DNA from: the human T2T-CHM13v2.0 reference genome, Homo sapiens
Direction: 5' to 3' (one strand)
DNA length: 64,000 bases
NCBI RefSeq assembly: GCF_009914755.1
Contig: NC_060945.1
Part shown: piece by piece, positions 17,801-31,645 of the stretch
Layout of the letters: each line of letters starts with the position of its first letter
Numbering within the stretch: position 1 is the first letter of the stretch
Notes under the pieces: generated by a model
Databases searched by the model: none
What the model was told of the DNA's origin: nothing
The model's input: the letters and a program-made list of their open reading frames with translations, nothing else
Position numbers and translations under genes: made by a program

Positions 17801-20800
17801 GGAGCTCATTGGGGCCTACTGTGGAAAAACCAATATCTTCACATAAAAACTACACAGAAGCATTCTGAGAAACTTCTTTGTGATGTGTGCATTCAACACA
17901 CAGACTCGAACATATTTTTTGGTTGAACAGTTTCGAATCTCTCTTTTTGCAGAATCTGCAAGTGGATATTTGGAGAGATTTGGGGCTGATTTTGGAAAAG
18001 GAAATATCTTCATTAAAAAACTACACAGAAGCATTCTGAGAAACTTCTTTGTGAGGTGTGCATTTAACTCGCAGAGTTGAACTAATCTTTTCATTGAGTA
18101 CTTTTGAATCTCTCTTTTTGTAGAATCTGCAAGTGGATATTTGGAGCCCTTAGTGCCCTATGGTGGAAAAGAAAATATCTTCACATAAATAGTACACAGA
18201 AGAATTCAGAGAAAATTTTTTGTGATTAATTCATTCCTCAAACAGGGTTGAACCTTTCTTTTTATTGAGCAGTTTTGAAACGCCCTTTTTGCAGAATCAA
18301 TTTGGAGAGTTTTGAGGCCTATTGTGGAAAGATATATCCTAAAATAAAAAATACACAGAAGCATTCTGAGAAACTTCATTGTTTTGTGTGCATTCAACTC
18401 ACAGAGTTGAACCTATCTATTGATTGAGCAGTTTTGAAAAACTCTTTTTGTAGAAACTGCAAGTGGATATTTGGAGCCCTTTGTGCCCTGTGGTGGAAAA
18501 GGAAATATCTTCGAATAAAAACTACACAGAAGCATTCAAAGAAACTTCCTTGTGAAGTGTGCATTCATCTCACAGAGTTGAACTTTTCTTTTGATTGAGC
18601 AGTTTTGAAACACTCTTTCTGTAGAATCGGCAAGTGGATATTTGGAGCTATTTGAGGCCTACTGTGGAAAAGGAAATATCTTCACATAAAAACTACACAG
18701 AAGCATTCTAAGAAACTTATTTGTGATGTGTGCTTTCACTTCACAGAGTTGAACCTATCTTTTGATTGAGCAGTTTTGAAACTCTCTTTTTGTGGAATCT
18801 GCAAGTGGATATTTGGAGCCCTTTGCAGCCTATGGTGGAAAAGGAAATATTTTCAAATAAATAATACACAGAAGCATTCAGAGAAACTTCTTCGTGGTGA
18901 GTACATTCATCACAGAGAGTTGAACCTTTCCTTTGATTGAGCAGTTTTGAAACACTCTTTTTTCAGGATCTGTAGGTGGATATTTTAGTGTTTTGAGGCC
19001 AAATGTGGAAAATCAAATATCTTCACATAAAAACTACACAGAAACATTCTGGGAAACTTCTTAGGGAGGTGTGCATTCAACTCACAGAGTTGAACCTATC
19101 TTTTCATTGAGCAGCATTGAGTCTCTCTTTCTGTAGAATCTGCAAGTGAATATTTGGAGAGATTTGAGGCCTATTGTGGAAAAGGAAATATCTTCACATA
19201 AAAACTACACAAAAGCATTCTGAGAAACTTCTTTGTGAGGTATGCATTGAACTCACAGAATTGAACCTATCTTTCGATTGAGCCGTTTAGATTATCTCTT
19301 TTTGTAGAATCTGCAAGTGGATATTTGGAACCCTTAGCAGCCTATGGTGGAAAAGGAAATATCATCAAATAAAAACTACACAGAAGCATTCTGAGAAACA
19401 TCTTTATGATGTTTGCATTCATCTCACAGGGTGGAACCTGTCTTTTGATTGAGTAGTTTAGAATCTCTCTTTTTGTAGAATCTGCAAGTGGTTATTTGAG
19501 GCCCTATTTCACCCAATAGTGGAAAAGCAAATATCTTCAAATAAAAACTACACAGAAGCATTCAGAGAAACTACTTTGTGATGAGTGCATTCATCACACA
19601 GAGTTGAACGATTGTTTTGATTGATCAGTTTTGAGACATTCTTTCCGTAGAATCTGAAAGTGAATATTTGGAGGGCTTTGAGTACTATTTTGGAGAAGGA
19701 GATATCTTCATATAAAAACTACACAGAAGCATTCTGAGAAACTTCTTTGTGAGGTGTGCATTGAACTCAAAAAGTTGAATCTATCTTTTGATTCAGCAGT
19801 TTTGAATCTCTCTTTTTTGCAGAATCTGAGAGTGGATATTTGGAGCTCTTTGAGACCTACTGTGGAAAATCAAATATCTTCACATAAAAACTACACAAAA
19901 GTATTCTGGGAAACCTCTTTGTGATTAGTACACTCATGTCACAGAATTGATACTTTCTTTTGATAGAGATGTTTTGAAACACTGTTTTTGTAGAATCTAC
20001 AAAGGGTTATTTGGTGGAAAAGGAAATATCCTCAAATAAAAACTACACAGAAACATTCTGAGAAACTTCATTGTGATGTGTGCATTCAACTCACGGAGTT
20101 GAACCTATTTTTTGATTGAGCAGTTTTGAATCTCTCTTTTTGTAGAATCTGCAAGTGGATATTTGGAGCCCTTAGTGCCCTGTGGTGGACAAGGAAATAT
20201 TTTCAAATAAAAACTACAAAGAAGCATTCAGAGAAACTTCCTTGCGATGTGTGCATTCATCTCACAGAGTTGAAACTTTCTTTTGACTGAGCAGTTTTGA
20301 AACACTCGTTCTGTAGAATCTGCAAGAGGATATTTGGAGCACTTTGAGACCTACATTGGAAAATCAAATATCTTCCATAAAAACTACACAGAAGCATTCT
20401 GAGAAACTTCTTTGTCATGTGTGCTTTCAAATCACATAGTTGAACCTATCTTTTGAATGAGCAGTTTTTAATCTCTCTTTTTGAAGAATCTGCAAGTGGA
20501 TATTTGGAGCCCTTTTTGACCTATGGTAGAAAAGGAAATATCTTCAAATAAAAACTACACAGAAGCATTCTGAGAAACTTCTTTGAGATGTGTGCATTCG
20601 TCTTTCGGGAATGAACCTATCTTATGATTGAGCAGTTTTGAAACATTCTTTTTGTAGTATCTTCAAGTTTATATTTAGAGCCCTTAGAGGCCTCCGTGGA
20701 AAAGCAAATATCCTCACATTAAAACTACACAGAAGCATTCTGAGAAACTTCTTTGTGTTGTGTGTATTCATCTCACAGAGTTGAAACTTTCTTTTGATTC

Positions 20801-23800
20801 AGCACTTTTGAAACACTCTTTTTGTATAATCTTCAAGTGGATAATTGGAGCCTTTTGAGGCCTATTGTGGAAAAGGAAATATCTGCACATAAAAACTATG
20901 CAGAAGAATTCTGAGAAACTTCTTTGTGAGGTTTGCTTTCAACTCACAGAGTTGAACATATCTTTTAATTGAGTAGTTTTGAATCTCCCTTTTTGCCGTA
21001 TCTGCAAGTGGATATTTGGAGCACTTTGAGGCCTACTGTGGAAAATCAATTATCTTCCCATAAAAACTACACAGAAGTAGTCTGAGACACTTCTTTGTGA
21101 TGTGTGCTTTCAACTCACAGTGTCAGACATATCTTTTGAATGAACAGTTTTGAATCTCTCTTTTTGAAGTATCTGCAAGTGGATATTTGGAGAGCTTTGA
21201 GACCTATTTTGGAAAAGGAAAGACCTTCACATAAAAACTACACAGAAGCATTCTGAGAAACTTCTTTGTGAGTTGTGCATTCAACTCACAGAGCTGGACT
21301 TATCTTGTCATTGAGCACTTTTGAATCTCTTTTTGTAGAATCTGCAAGTGGATATTTTGAGCCCTTTGTGCCCTATGGTGGAATAGGAAATATCTTCAAA
21401 TAAAAACTACACAGAAGCATTCTGAGAAAATTGTTTCTGATGAGTGCATTCATCACACAGAGTTGAACCTTTATTTTTATTGAGCAGTTTTGAAACACTC
21501 TTTTTGCAGAATCAGCAAGTGGATATTTGGAGAGCTTTGAGGCCTGTTGTGGAAAAGGAAATATCTTCAAATAAAAACTACACCGAAGCATTCTGAGAAA
21601 CTTCTTTGTGATGTGTGCATTCATATCACAGGTTTGAACCTAACTTATGATTGAGCAGTTTTGAAACTCTCTTTTTGTAGAATCTACAAGTAGATATTTG
21701 GAGCGATTTGAGGCCTATTGTAGAAAAGGAAATGTCATCAAATAAATACTACACAGAAGCATTCAGAAAAACTTTTATGTTATGAGTGCATTCATCACAC
21801 AGAGTTGAACCTTTCCTTTGACTGAACAGTTTTGAAACACTCTTTTTGCAGAATCTGCAAGTGCATATTTTAGAGCTTTGAGGTCAATTGTGGAAAAGGA
21901 AATATCTTCACATAAAAACTACACAGAAGCATTCTGAGATACTTCTTCGTGATGTGTGCATTCACCTCACTGGATTATACCTATCTTATGATTGAGCAGT
22001 TTAGAAACACTCTTTTTGTAGAATATGCAAGTGTATATTTGGAACACATTGGGGCCTACCGTGGAAAAGGAAATATCTTCACATAAAAACTACACAAAAG
22101 CATTCTGAGAAACTTCTTTTTGATGTGTGCATTCATCTCACAGAAATGAAACTTTCTTTTCATTGAGCAGTTTTGAAAAACTATATTTGTAGAATCTGCA
22201 AGTGGATATTTGGAGAGCTTTGAGGCCTATTTTGGAAAAAGAAATATCTTCACATAAAAACTACACAGAAGCATTCTGAGAAACTTCTTTGTGAGGTGTG
22301 CACTCACGGATTTGAAATTTTCCTTTCATTGAGCACTTTTGAATCTCTCTTTTTCTAGAATCTGCAAGTGGATATTTGGAGCTCTTTGCACCCTGTGTTG
22401 GAAAAGGAAATATCTTCAAATAAAAACTACACATAAGCATTCTGAGAAACTTCTTTGTATTGAGTGCATTCATCACACAGAGTTGAATGTTTCCTTTGAT
22501 TGAACAGTTTTGAAACACTCTTTTCGTATAATCTGGAAGTGGATATTTGGAGGGCTTTGAGGACTATTTTGGAAAAGGAAATATCTTCACATAAAAACTA
22601 CACAGAAGCATTCTGAGAAACTTCTTTTTTATTTGTGCATTCAACTCACAGAGTTGAATCTATCTTTTGATTGAGCCATTTGGAATCTTTCTTTTGTAGA
22701 ATCTGCTAGTGAATATTTGGAGACCTTTGTGGCCTATTGGGGAAAAGGAAATATCTTCAAATAAAAACTACACAGAAGAATTCTGGGAAACTTCTTTGTG
22801 ATGTGTGCATTCAGCTCACACGTTTGAACCTATCTTATGATTGAGCAGTTTTCAATCTCTCTTTTTGTAGACTATGCAAGTGGATATTTGGAGCCCTTTG
22901 TGCCCTATGGTTGAAAAGGAAATATCTTCAAATAAAAACTACACAGAAGCATTCAGAGAAACGCCTTGGTGATGAGTGCATTGATCACAAAGAGTTTAAA
23001 GTTTCTTTTGACTGAGCAGTTTTGGTACACTCTTTTTGTAGAAACTCAAAGTAGCTATTTGGAGGGCTTTGAGGCCTATTTTGGGAAAAGATATATCTTA
23101 ATATAAAAACTACACAGAATTATTCTGAGAAACTCCTTTATTATGTGTGCATTCAACACACAGAGTTGAGCCTATCTTTTGATTGAGTCATTTGGAATCT
23201 CTCTTTTGTAGAATCTGCTAGTGAATATTTGGAGACCTTTGTGGCCTATTGTGGAAAAGGAAATATCTTCAAATAAAAACTACACAGAAGCATTCAGAGA
23301 AACACCTTGGTGATGAGTGCATTGATCACAAAGAGTTTAAAGTTTCTTTTGACTGAGCAGTTTTGGTACACTCTTTTTGTAGAAACTCAAAGTAGCTATT
23401 TGGAGGGCTTTGAGGCCTATTTTGGGAAAAGATATATCTTAATATAAAAACTACACAGAATTATTCTGAGAAACTCCTTTATTATGTGTGCATTCAACAC
23501 ACAGAGTTGAGCCTATCTTTTGATTGAGCCATTTGGAATCTCTCTTTTGTAGAATCTGCTAGTGAATATTTGGAGACCTTTGTGGCCTATTGTGGAAAAG
23601 GAAATATCTTCAAATAAAAACTACACAGAAGCATTCAGAGAAACACCTTGGTGATGAGTGCATTGATCACAAAGAGTTTAAAGTTTCTTTTGACTGAGCA
23701 GTTTTGGTACACTCTTTTTGTAGAAACTCAAAGTAGCTATTTGGAGGGCTTTGAGGTCTATTTTGGGAAAAGATATATCTTAATATAAAAACTACACAGA

Positions 23801-26800
23801 ATTATTCTGAGAAACTCCTTTATTATGTGTGCATTCAACACACAGAGTTGAGCCTATCTTTTGATTGAGCCATTTGGAATCTCTCTTTTGTAGAATCTGC
23901 TAGTGAATATTTGGAGACCTTTGTGGCCTATTGTGGAAAAGGAAATATCTTCAAATAAAAACTACACAGAAGAATTCTGGGAAACTTCTTTGTGATGTGT
24001 GCATTCAACTCACAGAGTCGAACCCATCTTTTGATTGAGCAGTTTTGCATCTCTCTTTTTGCAGAACCTGCAAGTGGATATTTGGAGTGCTTTGAGGCCT
24101 ATAGTGGAAAAGGAAATATCTTCACATAAAAACTACACAGAGGAATTCTGAGAAAATACTTTGTGATGTGTGCATTCAACTCACAGAGTTGAACCTACTT
24201 TTGATTGAGCAGTTTAGAATCTCTGTTTTTGCAGAATCTGCAATTGGATATTTGGAGCGATTTGAGGCCTATTGTGGAAAAGGAAATATCTTCACATAAA
24301 AACTACACAGAGGCATTCTGAGAAAATACTTTGTGATGTGTGCCTTCAACTCACAGAGTTGAACCTATCTTTTGATTGAGCAGTTTTGAATCTCTCTTTT
24401 TGTAGCATCTGCAGGTGGATATTTGGAGCCCTTTGTGGCCTACAGTGGAAAAGGAAATATCTTCAAATAAAAACTAAAAAGAATCATTCCGGGAAAAGTC
24501 TTTGTGATGAGTGCATTCATCACAAAGTGTTGAATCTCTCTCTTGACTGAGTAATTTGGAAACACTCTTTTTGTAGAATCTGGAAGTGGATATTTGAAAA
24601 GCTTTGTGGTCTATTTTGGAAAAGGAAATATCTTCAGATAAAAACTACACAGAAGCTTTCTGGGAAACTTCGTTGTTAGCTGTGCATTCAAGTCACAGAT
24701 TTTAACCTATCTTTTGATAGAGCAGTTTTGAAACTCGCTTTTTGTAGAATCCGCAAGTGGATATTTGGAGCTTCTTGCGGCCTATGTTAGAAAATTAAAT
24801 ACTCTCACCTAAAATCTATACAGAAGCTATCTGAGAAATTTGTTTGTGATGTGTGCATTCATCTCAAAGAGTTGAACATTTCTTTTGATTGAGCAGTTTC
24901 AAAACATTCTTTTTGTAGAATCTGCAAGTGGACATTTGGAGGGCTTTGTGGCCTATGGTAGAAAAGGAAATATCTTAACATAAAATCTAGACAGAAGCAA
25001 TCTGAGAAACTTCTTTGTGATGTGTGCGTTCATCTCACAGAGTTGATCTTTTTTTTGATGGAGCAGATTTGGAACTCTCTTTTTGTAGTATCTGCAAGTG
25101 GAAAATGAGAGTGCCCTGTGACCTATTGTGGAAAATAAATTATCTTCACTTAAATACTACACAGGAGAATTATGAGAAACTTCTTTGTGATGCGTGTGTT
25201 CATCTCACTGAGTTGAATCTTTTTTTGATTGAGCAGTGTGGAAACACTCTTTTTGTTGAATCTGCAAGTGGACATTTGGAGTACTTTGTGGCATATGGTA
25301 GAAAAAGAAATATCCTCACATAAAATCTATACAGAAGCAATCTGTGAAACTTCTTTGTAATGTGTGCATTCATCTCACAGAGTTAAAAATTTCTTTTGAT
25401 AGAGCAGTTTTGAAACTCTCTTTTGTAGAATCTGCAAGTGAACATTTGGAGCACTTAAAGGCCTATGGTGGAAAAGGAAATATCTTCACATAAAAACTAG
25501 ACAGAAGAATTCCGAGAAACTTCTTTGTGATGTGTGTCTTCACCTTACAGATTTGAACCTTTCTTTTGATTGAGCAGTTTGGAAACACTATTTTGTAGAA
25601 TCTGCAAGTGGATATTTGGAGCGCTTTGCGGCCTAAGGTAGAAAAGGAAATATCTTTACATAAAATCTAGAGAGAAGCAGTCTGAGAAACTTATTTGTGA
25701 TGTGTGCATTCACCTCACAGAGTTAAACCTTCCTTTTGATTGAGAAGTCTTTAACTCTCTTTTTGAAGGATCTGCAAGTGGACATTTGTAGCACTTTGTG
25801 GCTGACGTTAGAAAAGGAAATATCTTCACATAAAATCTAGACAGAAGCAATCTTAGAAACTTCTTTGTGATGTGTGCATTCATCTCACAGAGTTAACTCT
25901 CTCTTTGGTTTGAGCAGTTCTGAAACTCTCTTTTGTTGAATCTGCAAGATGACATTTGGGACGCTTTGACGCCAATAGTGGAAAAGGAAATATCTTCACA
26001 TAAAAACTAGATAGAAGCATTCTGAGAAACATTTTGTGATATGCGCATTCATCTCCCAGAGAAGAACATTTCCGTTGATGGACCAGTTTTGAAACGCTCT
26101 TTCTGTAGAATCTGCAAGTGGACATTTCAAGCGCCTTGAGGCCTGTGGTGGAAAAGGAAATATCTTCACATAAAAACTAGACAGAAGAATTCTGAGAAAC
26201 TTCTTCATGATGTGTGTGTTCATCTCACAGAGTTGAACCTTTCTTTTGATTTAGCAGTATGGAAACACTCTTTTTGTATAATTTGTAAGTGGATATTTGG
26301 AGATCGTTGTGGCCAATGGCAGAAAATTAAATATCTTCACATAAAATCTAGACAGAAGTAATCTCAAAATCTTCTTTGTGATGTGTGCATTCACCTCAAA
26401 GAGGTAAACCTTTCTTTTGATTGAGGAGTTTGAAAATCTTTTTGTAGAATCTGCAAGTGGATATTTGGAAAAGGAAATATCCTCACATAAATACTAGGCA
26501 GATGTATACAGATAAATATCTTTGTGATGTCTGCGTTCATCTCATAGAGGTAAAACTTTCTTTTGACTGAGCAGTTTGGAAGCAAACTTTTTTGAGAATC
26601 TACAAGTGGACATTTTGTGCACTTTGCGGCCTATTGTAGAAAAGGAAATATCTTCACATAAAATCTAGATAGAAGTAACCTGAGCAATTTCTTTGTGATG
26701 TGTGCATTTATCTCACAGAGTTGAATCTTTCCTTTGATTGAGCAATTTGGAAACAATCTTTTTGTAGGATCTGCATGTGGACATTAGGAGCGCTTTGCGG

Positions 26801-29800
26801 CCTATGGTAGAAAAGGAAATATCTTCACATAAAATCTAGACAGAAGCAATCTGAAAATCTTCTTTGTGTTGTGTGCATTCATCTCACAGAGTTAAAACTT
26901 TTCTTTTGATAGATTAGTTTTGAAACTGTCCTTTTATAGAATCTGCAAGTGGACATTTGGAGAGGTTTGAGATCTATTGTGGAAAAGGAAACATCTTCAC
27001 ATGAAAACTAGAGAGAAGAATTCTGAGAAACTACTTTGTGATGCGTGCGTTCATGCCAGAGTTGAATGTGTCTTTTGATGGAGCAGTTTGGAAACACTCT
27101 TTTTGTGGAAACTGCATGTAGACACTTGGAGCAATTCGCGGCCTATGGCAGAATAGGAAATATCTTCACATAAAATCTAGACAGAACAAATCTGAGAAAC
27201 TTCTTTCTGATGTGTGCATTCATTTCAGAGAGTTAAACCTTTTCTTTTGATTGAGGTGTTTTGAAACTCTGTTTGTAGAATCTGCAAGTGGACATTTTGA
27301 GCGATTTCAGGCCTATAGTGGGAAAGGAAATATCTCCACATAAAAACTAGACAGAAGAATTCTTAGAAACTTCTTCATGATGTGGGTGTTCATCTCACAG
27401 AGTTGAAGCTTTCTTTTGTTGAGCAACGTGGAAACATTCTTTTTGTAGAATCTGCAAGTGCACATTTGGAACGCTTTGCGGCCTGTGGTAGAAAAGGAAA
27501 TATCTTCACATAAAATCTAGATGGAAGTAATCTGAGAAACCTCTTTGTGATATGTGCACTCATCTCACAGAGTTTAACCACTCTTTTGTTTAAGGAGTTT
27601 TGAAACTCTTTTTGTAGAATCTGCAAGTGGACGTATTGAGTGCTTTGAGGCCTATGGTGGAAAAGGAAATATCTTCACATAAAAACTAGAAAGAAGAGCT
27701 CTGAGACAGTACTTTATGATGTGTGCATTCATCTCACAGAGTTGAACCTTTCTTTTGATTGAGTAGTTTGGAAACACTCTTTTTGTAGAATCTACAAGTG
27801 GACATCTGGAGCACTTTGCAGCCTGTGGTAGAAAAGGAAATATCTTCACATAAAAACTAGACAGAATATTTCTGAGAAACTTCTTTGTGTTGTGTGCATT
27901 CAACTCACAGAGGTAAATCTTTCTTTTGATTGAGCAGTTTTGAAACTCTCTTTTTGTAGAATCTGTAAGTGGACACTTGGAGTGATTTGAGACCTGTGGT
28001 GGAAAAGGAAATATTTTCACATAAAAACTAGAAAGAAGTATTCTGAGAAACTTTTTGTTATGTGTGCATTTATCTCCCAGAGTTGAACCTTTCTTTTGAA
28101 GGACCAATTACGAAATACTATCTTTGCAGAATCTGCAAGTGGATATTTCGAGAACCTTGAGGCCTATGGTAGAAAAAGGAATATCTTCACATAAAAACTA
28201 GACAGAAGAATTCAGAGAAACTTCTTTGTGATGTATGCGTTCATATCACAGAGTTGAACCTTTCTTTTGATGGTGCAGTTTGGAAACACTCTTTATGTAG
28301 GATCTGAAAGTGGACATTGGGAGCGCTCTGCGGCCTATGGTAGAAAAGGAAATATCGTCATATAAAATCTAAACAGAAGCAGTCTGAGAAACTTCTTGGT
28401 GATGTGGGCATTCATCTCACAGAGGTAAACTTTTTTTTTGATTGAGCAGTTTTGAAACACTCTTTTTGTAGAATCTGCAAGTGAACTTTTGGAGCACTTT
28501 GATGCCTATGGTGGGAAGTTAATATCTTCACATAAAACTGGACAGAAGAATTCTGAGAAACTTCTTTGTGATGTGGGGGTTCATCTCACGTAGTTGTACC
28601 TTTATTTTGATTAAGCAGTTTGGAAACACTCTTTTTTTAGAATCTGCAAGTGGACAATTGGAGCGATTTGCAGCCTATGGTAGAAAAAGGAAATATCTTC
28701 ACATGAAATCTAGACAGAAGCAACCTGAGAAACTACATTGTGATGTGTGCATGCATCTCAGAGAGTTAAACCTTTCTTTTGATTGAGCAGTTTTTAAACT
28801 CTCTTTTTGTAGGATCTGCAATTCGACATCTGGAGCGCTTTGACGCCTATGGTGGAAAAGGAAATATCTTCACAAAAAACTAGACAGAATAATTCTGAGA
28901 AACTACTTTGTGATGTGTGCATTCATCTCACAGAGTTGAACTTTTCTTTTGATTGAGCAGTTTTGAAACACTATTTTTGTAGAATCTGCAAGGGAAATTT
29001 GAAGCGCTTAGAGGCCTATGTTTGAAAAGGAAATGTCTTCACATAAAAACTACATAGAATCATTCTGAGACCTTCTTAGTGATGTGTGCATTCATCTCCC
29101 AGAGTTGAAACTTTCTTTTGATGGACCAGTTTGGAAATAGTTTTTTGTAGAGTCTGCATGTGGACGTTTCGAGCGCCTTGAGGCCTATGGTGGAAAATGA
29201 AATTTCTACACATAAAAACTAGACAGAAGAATTCTGAGAAACGTCTTTGGAATGTGTGTGTTCATCTCACAGAGTTGAACACTTCTTTTGATTGAGCAGT
29301 TTGGAAACACTCATTTTGTAGAATCTGCAAGTGGAGATTTGGAGCGCTTTGCGGCCTATGGTAGAAAAGGAAATATCTTCACATAAAATCTAGACAGAAG
29401 CAATCTGAGAAACTTCTTTGTGATGAGTACATTCATCTCACAGAGTTAAACCTTACTTTAGATTGAGCAGTTTTGAAAATCTCTTTTTGCAGAATCTGCA
29501 AGTGGACATTTGGAGCGCTTTGAGGCCTACGGTCTAAAAAGAAATACCTTTATATGAAAACAAGATAGAAGAATTCTGAGAAACTTCTTTGTGATGTGTG
29601 CATTCATCTCACAGAGTTGAAACTTTCTTTTGATTCAGCAGTTTGGAAACACTCTTTTTGTAGAATCTGCAAGTGGACATTTGGAACGCTTTGGGGCCCA
29701 TGGTGGAAATGGAAATATCTTCACATAAACACTAGGCAGAAGAATTCTGAGAAACTTCTTTGTGATGTCTGCATTCAATTGACAGAGTTGAATCTTTCCT

Positions 29801-31645
29801 TTGATTTGAGCAGTTTGGAAACACTCTTTTTATAGAATCTACTTTTGGACATTTGGAGCGCTTTGTGGCCTATGTTAGAAAAGGAAATATCTTCACATAA
29901 AATCTAGACAAAAGCAATCTGAGAAACTTCCTTGTGATGAGTGCATTCATCTCATAGAGTTAAACCCTTCTTTTGACTAAGCAGTTTTGAAACTCTCCTT
30001 TTGTAGAATCTGGAAGTGGACATTTAGAGCACTTTGAGGCCTATTGGGGAAAAGGGAATATCTTCACATAAATACTAGACAGAAGAATTCTGAGAAACTT
30101 TTTGTGATGTGCGCATTACCTCACAGAGTTGAACCTTTCTTTTGATTGAGCAGTTTGGAAACACTCTTTTTGTAGACTCTGCACGTAGATATTTGGAGCA
30201 CCTTGTGGCCCATGTTAGAAAAGGAAATATCCTCACATAAAATCTAGACAGAAGCAATCTGAGAAAGTTCTTTGTGATGTGTGCATTCATAACACAGAGG
30301 TAAACCTTTCTTTTGATTGAACAGTTTTGAAACTCTCTTTTTGTAGAATCTGCAAGTGGACATTTACAGTGCTTTGAGGCCTACTGTGGAAAAGGAAATA
30401 TCTTCACATAAATACTAGACAGAACAATTCTGAGAAACTTCTTTGTGATGTGTGCATTACCTCACAGAGTTGCACTTTTCTTTTGATTGAGCAGTTTGGA
30501 AACACTCTATTTGTAGAATCTGCAAGTGGACATTTGGAGCACCTTGCGGCCATGTTAGAAAGGGAAGTATCTTCACATAAAATCTAGACAGAAGCAATCT
30601 GAGAAAGTTCTTTGTGATGTGTGCATTCATAACACAGAGGTAAACCTTTCTTTTGATTGAACAGTTTTGAAACTCTCTTTTTGTAGAATCTGCAAGTGGA
30701 CATTTGAAGAGCTTTGAGGACTATGGTGGAAAAGGAAATATCTTCACATAAAAACTAGACAGAAAAATTCTGAGAAACTTCTTTGTTATGTGTACATTCA
30801 TCTCACCGAGTTGAATCTTTCTTTTGATACAGCAGTTTGGAAACACTCTTTTTATAGATTCTGCTAGCAGACATTTGAGCACTTTGCAGCATATGGTAGA
30901 AAAGGTAATATCTTCACATAAAATCTAGACAGAAGCAATCTGAGAAACTTCTTTGTGATGTGTTCCTTCAACTCAAGGAGTTAAACATTTCTTTTGGTTG
31001 AGGAGTTTTGAAACTCTCTTTTTGTCAAATCTGCAAGTGAACATTTGGAGCGCTTTGGGGCACATGGTGGAAAAGGAAATATCTTCACATAAAAAATAGG
31101 CAGAAGAATTCTGAGAAACTTCTTTGTGATGTGTGCGTTCATTTCACAGAGTTGAATCTTTCCTTTGAGCAGTTTGGAAACACTTTTTATAGAATCTACT
31201 TTTGGACATTTGGAGCGCCTTGCGGCCTATGGTAGAAAAGGAAATATCTTCACATAAAATCTAGACAAAAGCAATCTGAGAAACTTCTTTGTGATGTGTT
31301 CCTTCAACTCAAGGAGTTAAACATTTCTTTTGGTTGAGGAGTTTTGAAACTCTCTTTTTGTCGAATCTGCAAGTGAACATTTGGAGCGCTTTGGGGCACA
31401 TGGTGGAAAAGGAAATATCTTCACATAAAAAATAGGCAGAAGAATTCTGAGAAACTTCTTTGTGATGTGTGCGTTCATTTCACAGAGTTGAATCTTTCCT
31501 TTGAGCAGGTGGAAACACTTTTTATAGAATCTACTTTTGGACATTTGGAGCGCCTTGCAGCCTATGGTAGAAAAGGAAATATCTTCACATAAAATCTAGA
31601 CAAAAGCAATCTGAGAAACTTCTTTGTGATGTGTGCATTCATCCA
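5822..31645 (+). repeat. Alpha satellite, diverged and monomeric, about 150 monomers of ~171 bp (+ defined as CATTCTGAGAAAC reading on the top strand)
   Basis: CATTCTGAGAAACTTCTTTGTGATGTGTGCATTCA...GTAGAATCTGCAAGTGGATATTTGGAG...CTATGGTGGAAAAGGAAATATCTTCACATAAAAACTA recurs every ~171 bp. Confidence 0.98.
22921..23970 (+). repeat. Three near-identical tandem copies of a 341-bp alpha satellite dimer
   Basis: TTGATCACAAAGAGTTTAAAGTTTCTTTTGACTGAGCAGTTTTGGTACAC occurs at 22981, 23322 and 23663. Confidence 0.93.

Noticed and set aside
5822-31645. Regularly spaced conserved motifs resembling a CRISPR array next to a reverse transcriptase
   Set aside because: The intervening sequence is itself homologous between units rather than unique spacers, there are no cas genes, and the RT is an ordinary primate L1 ORF2 remnant.
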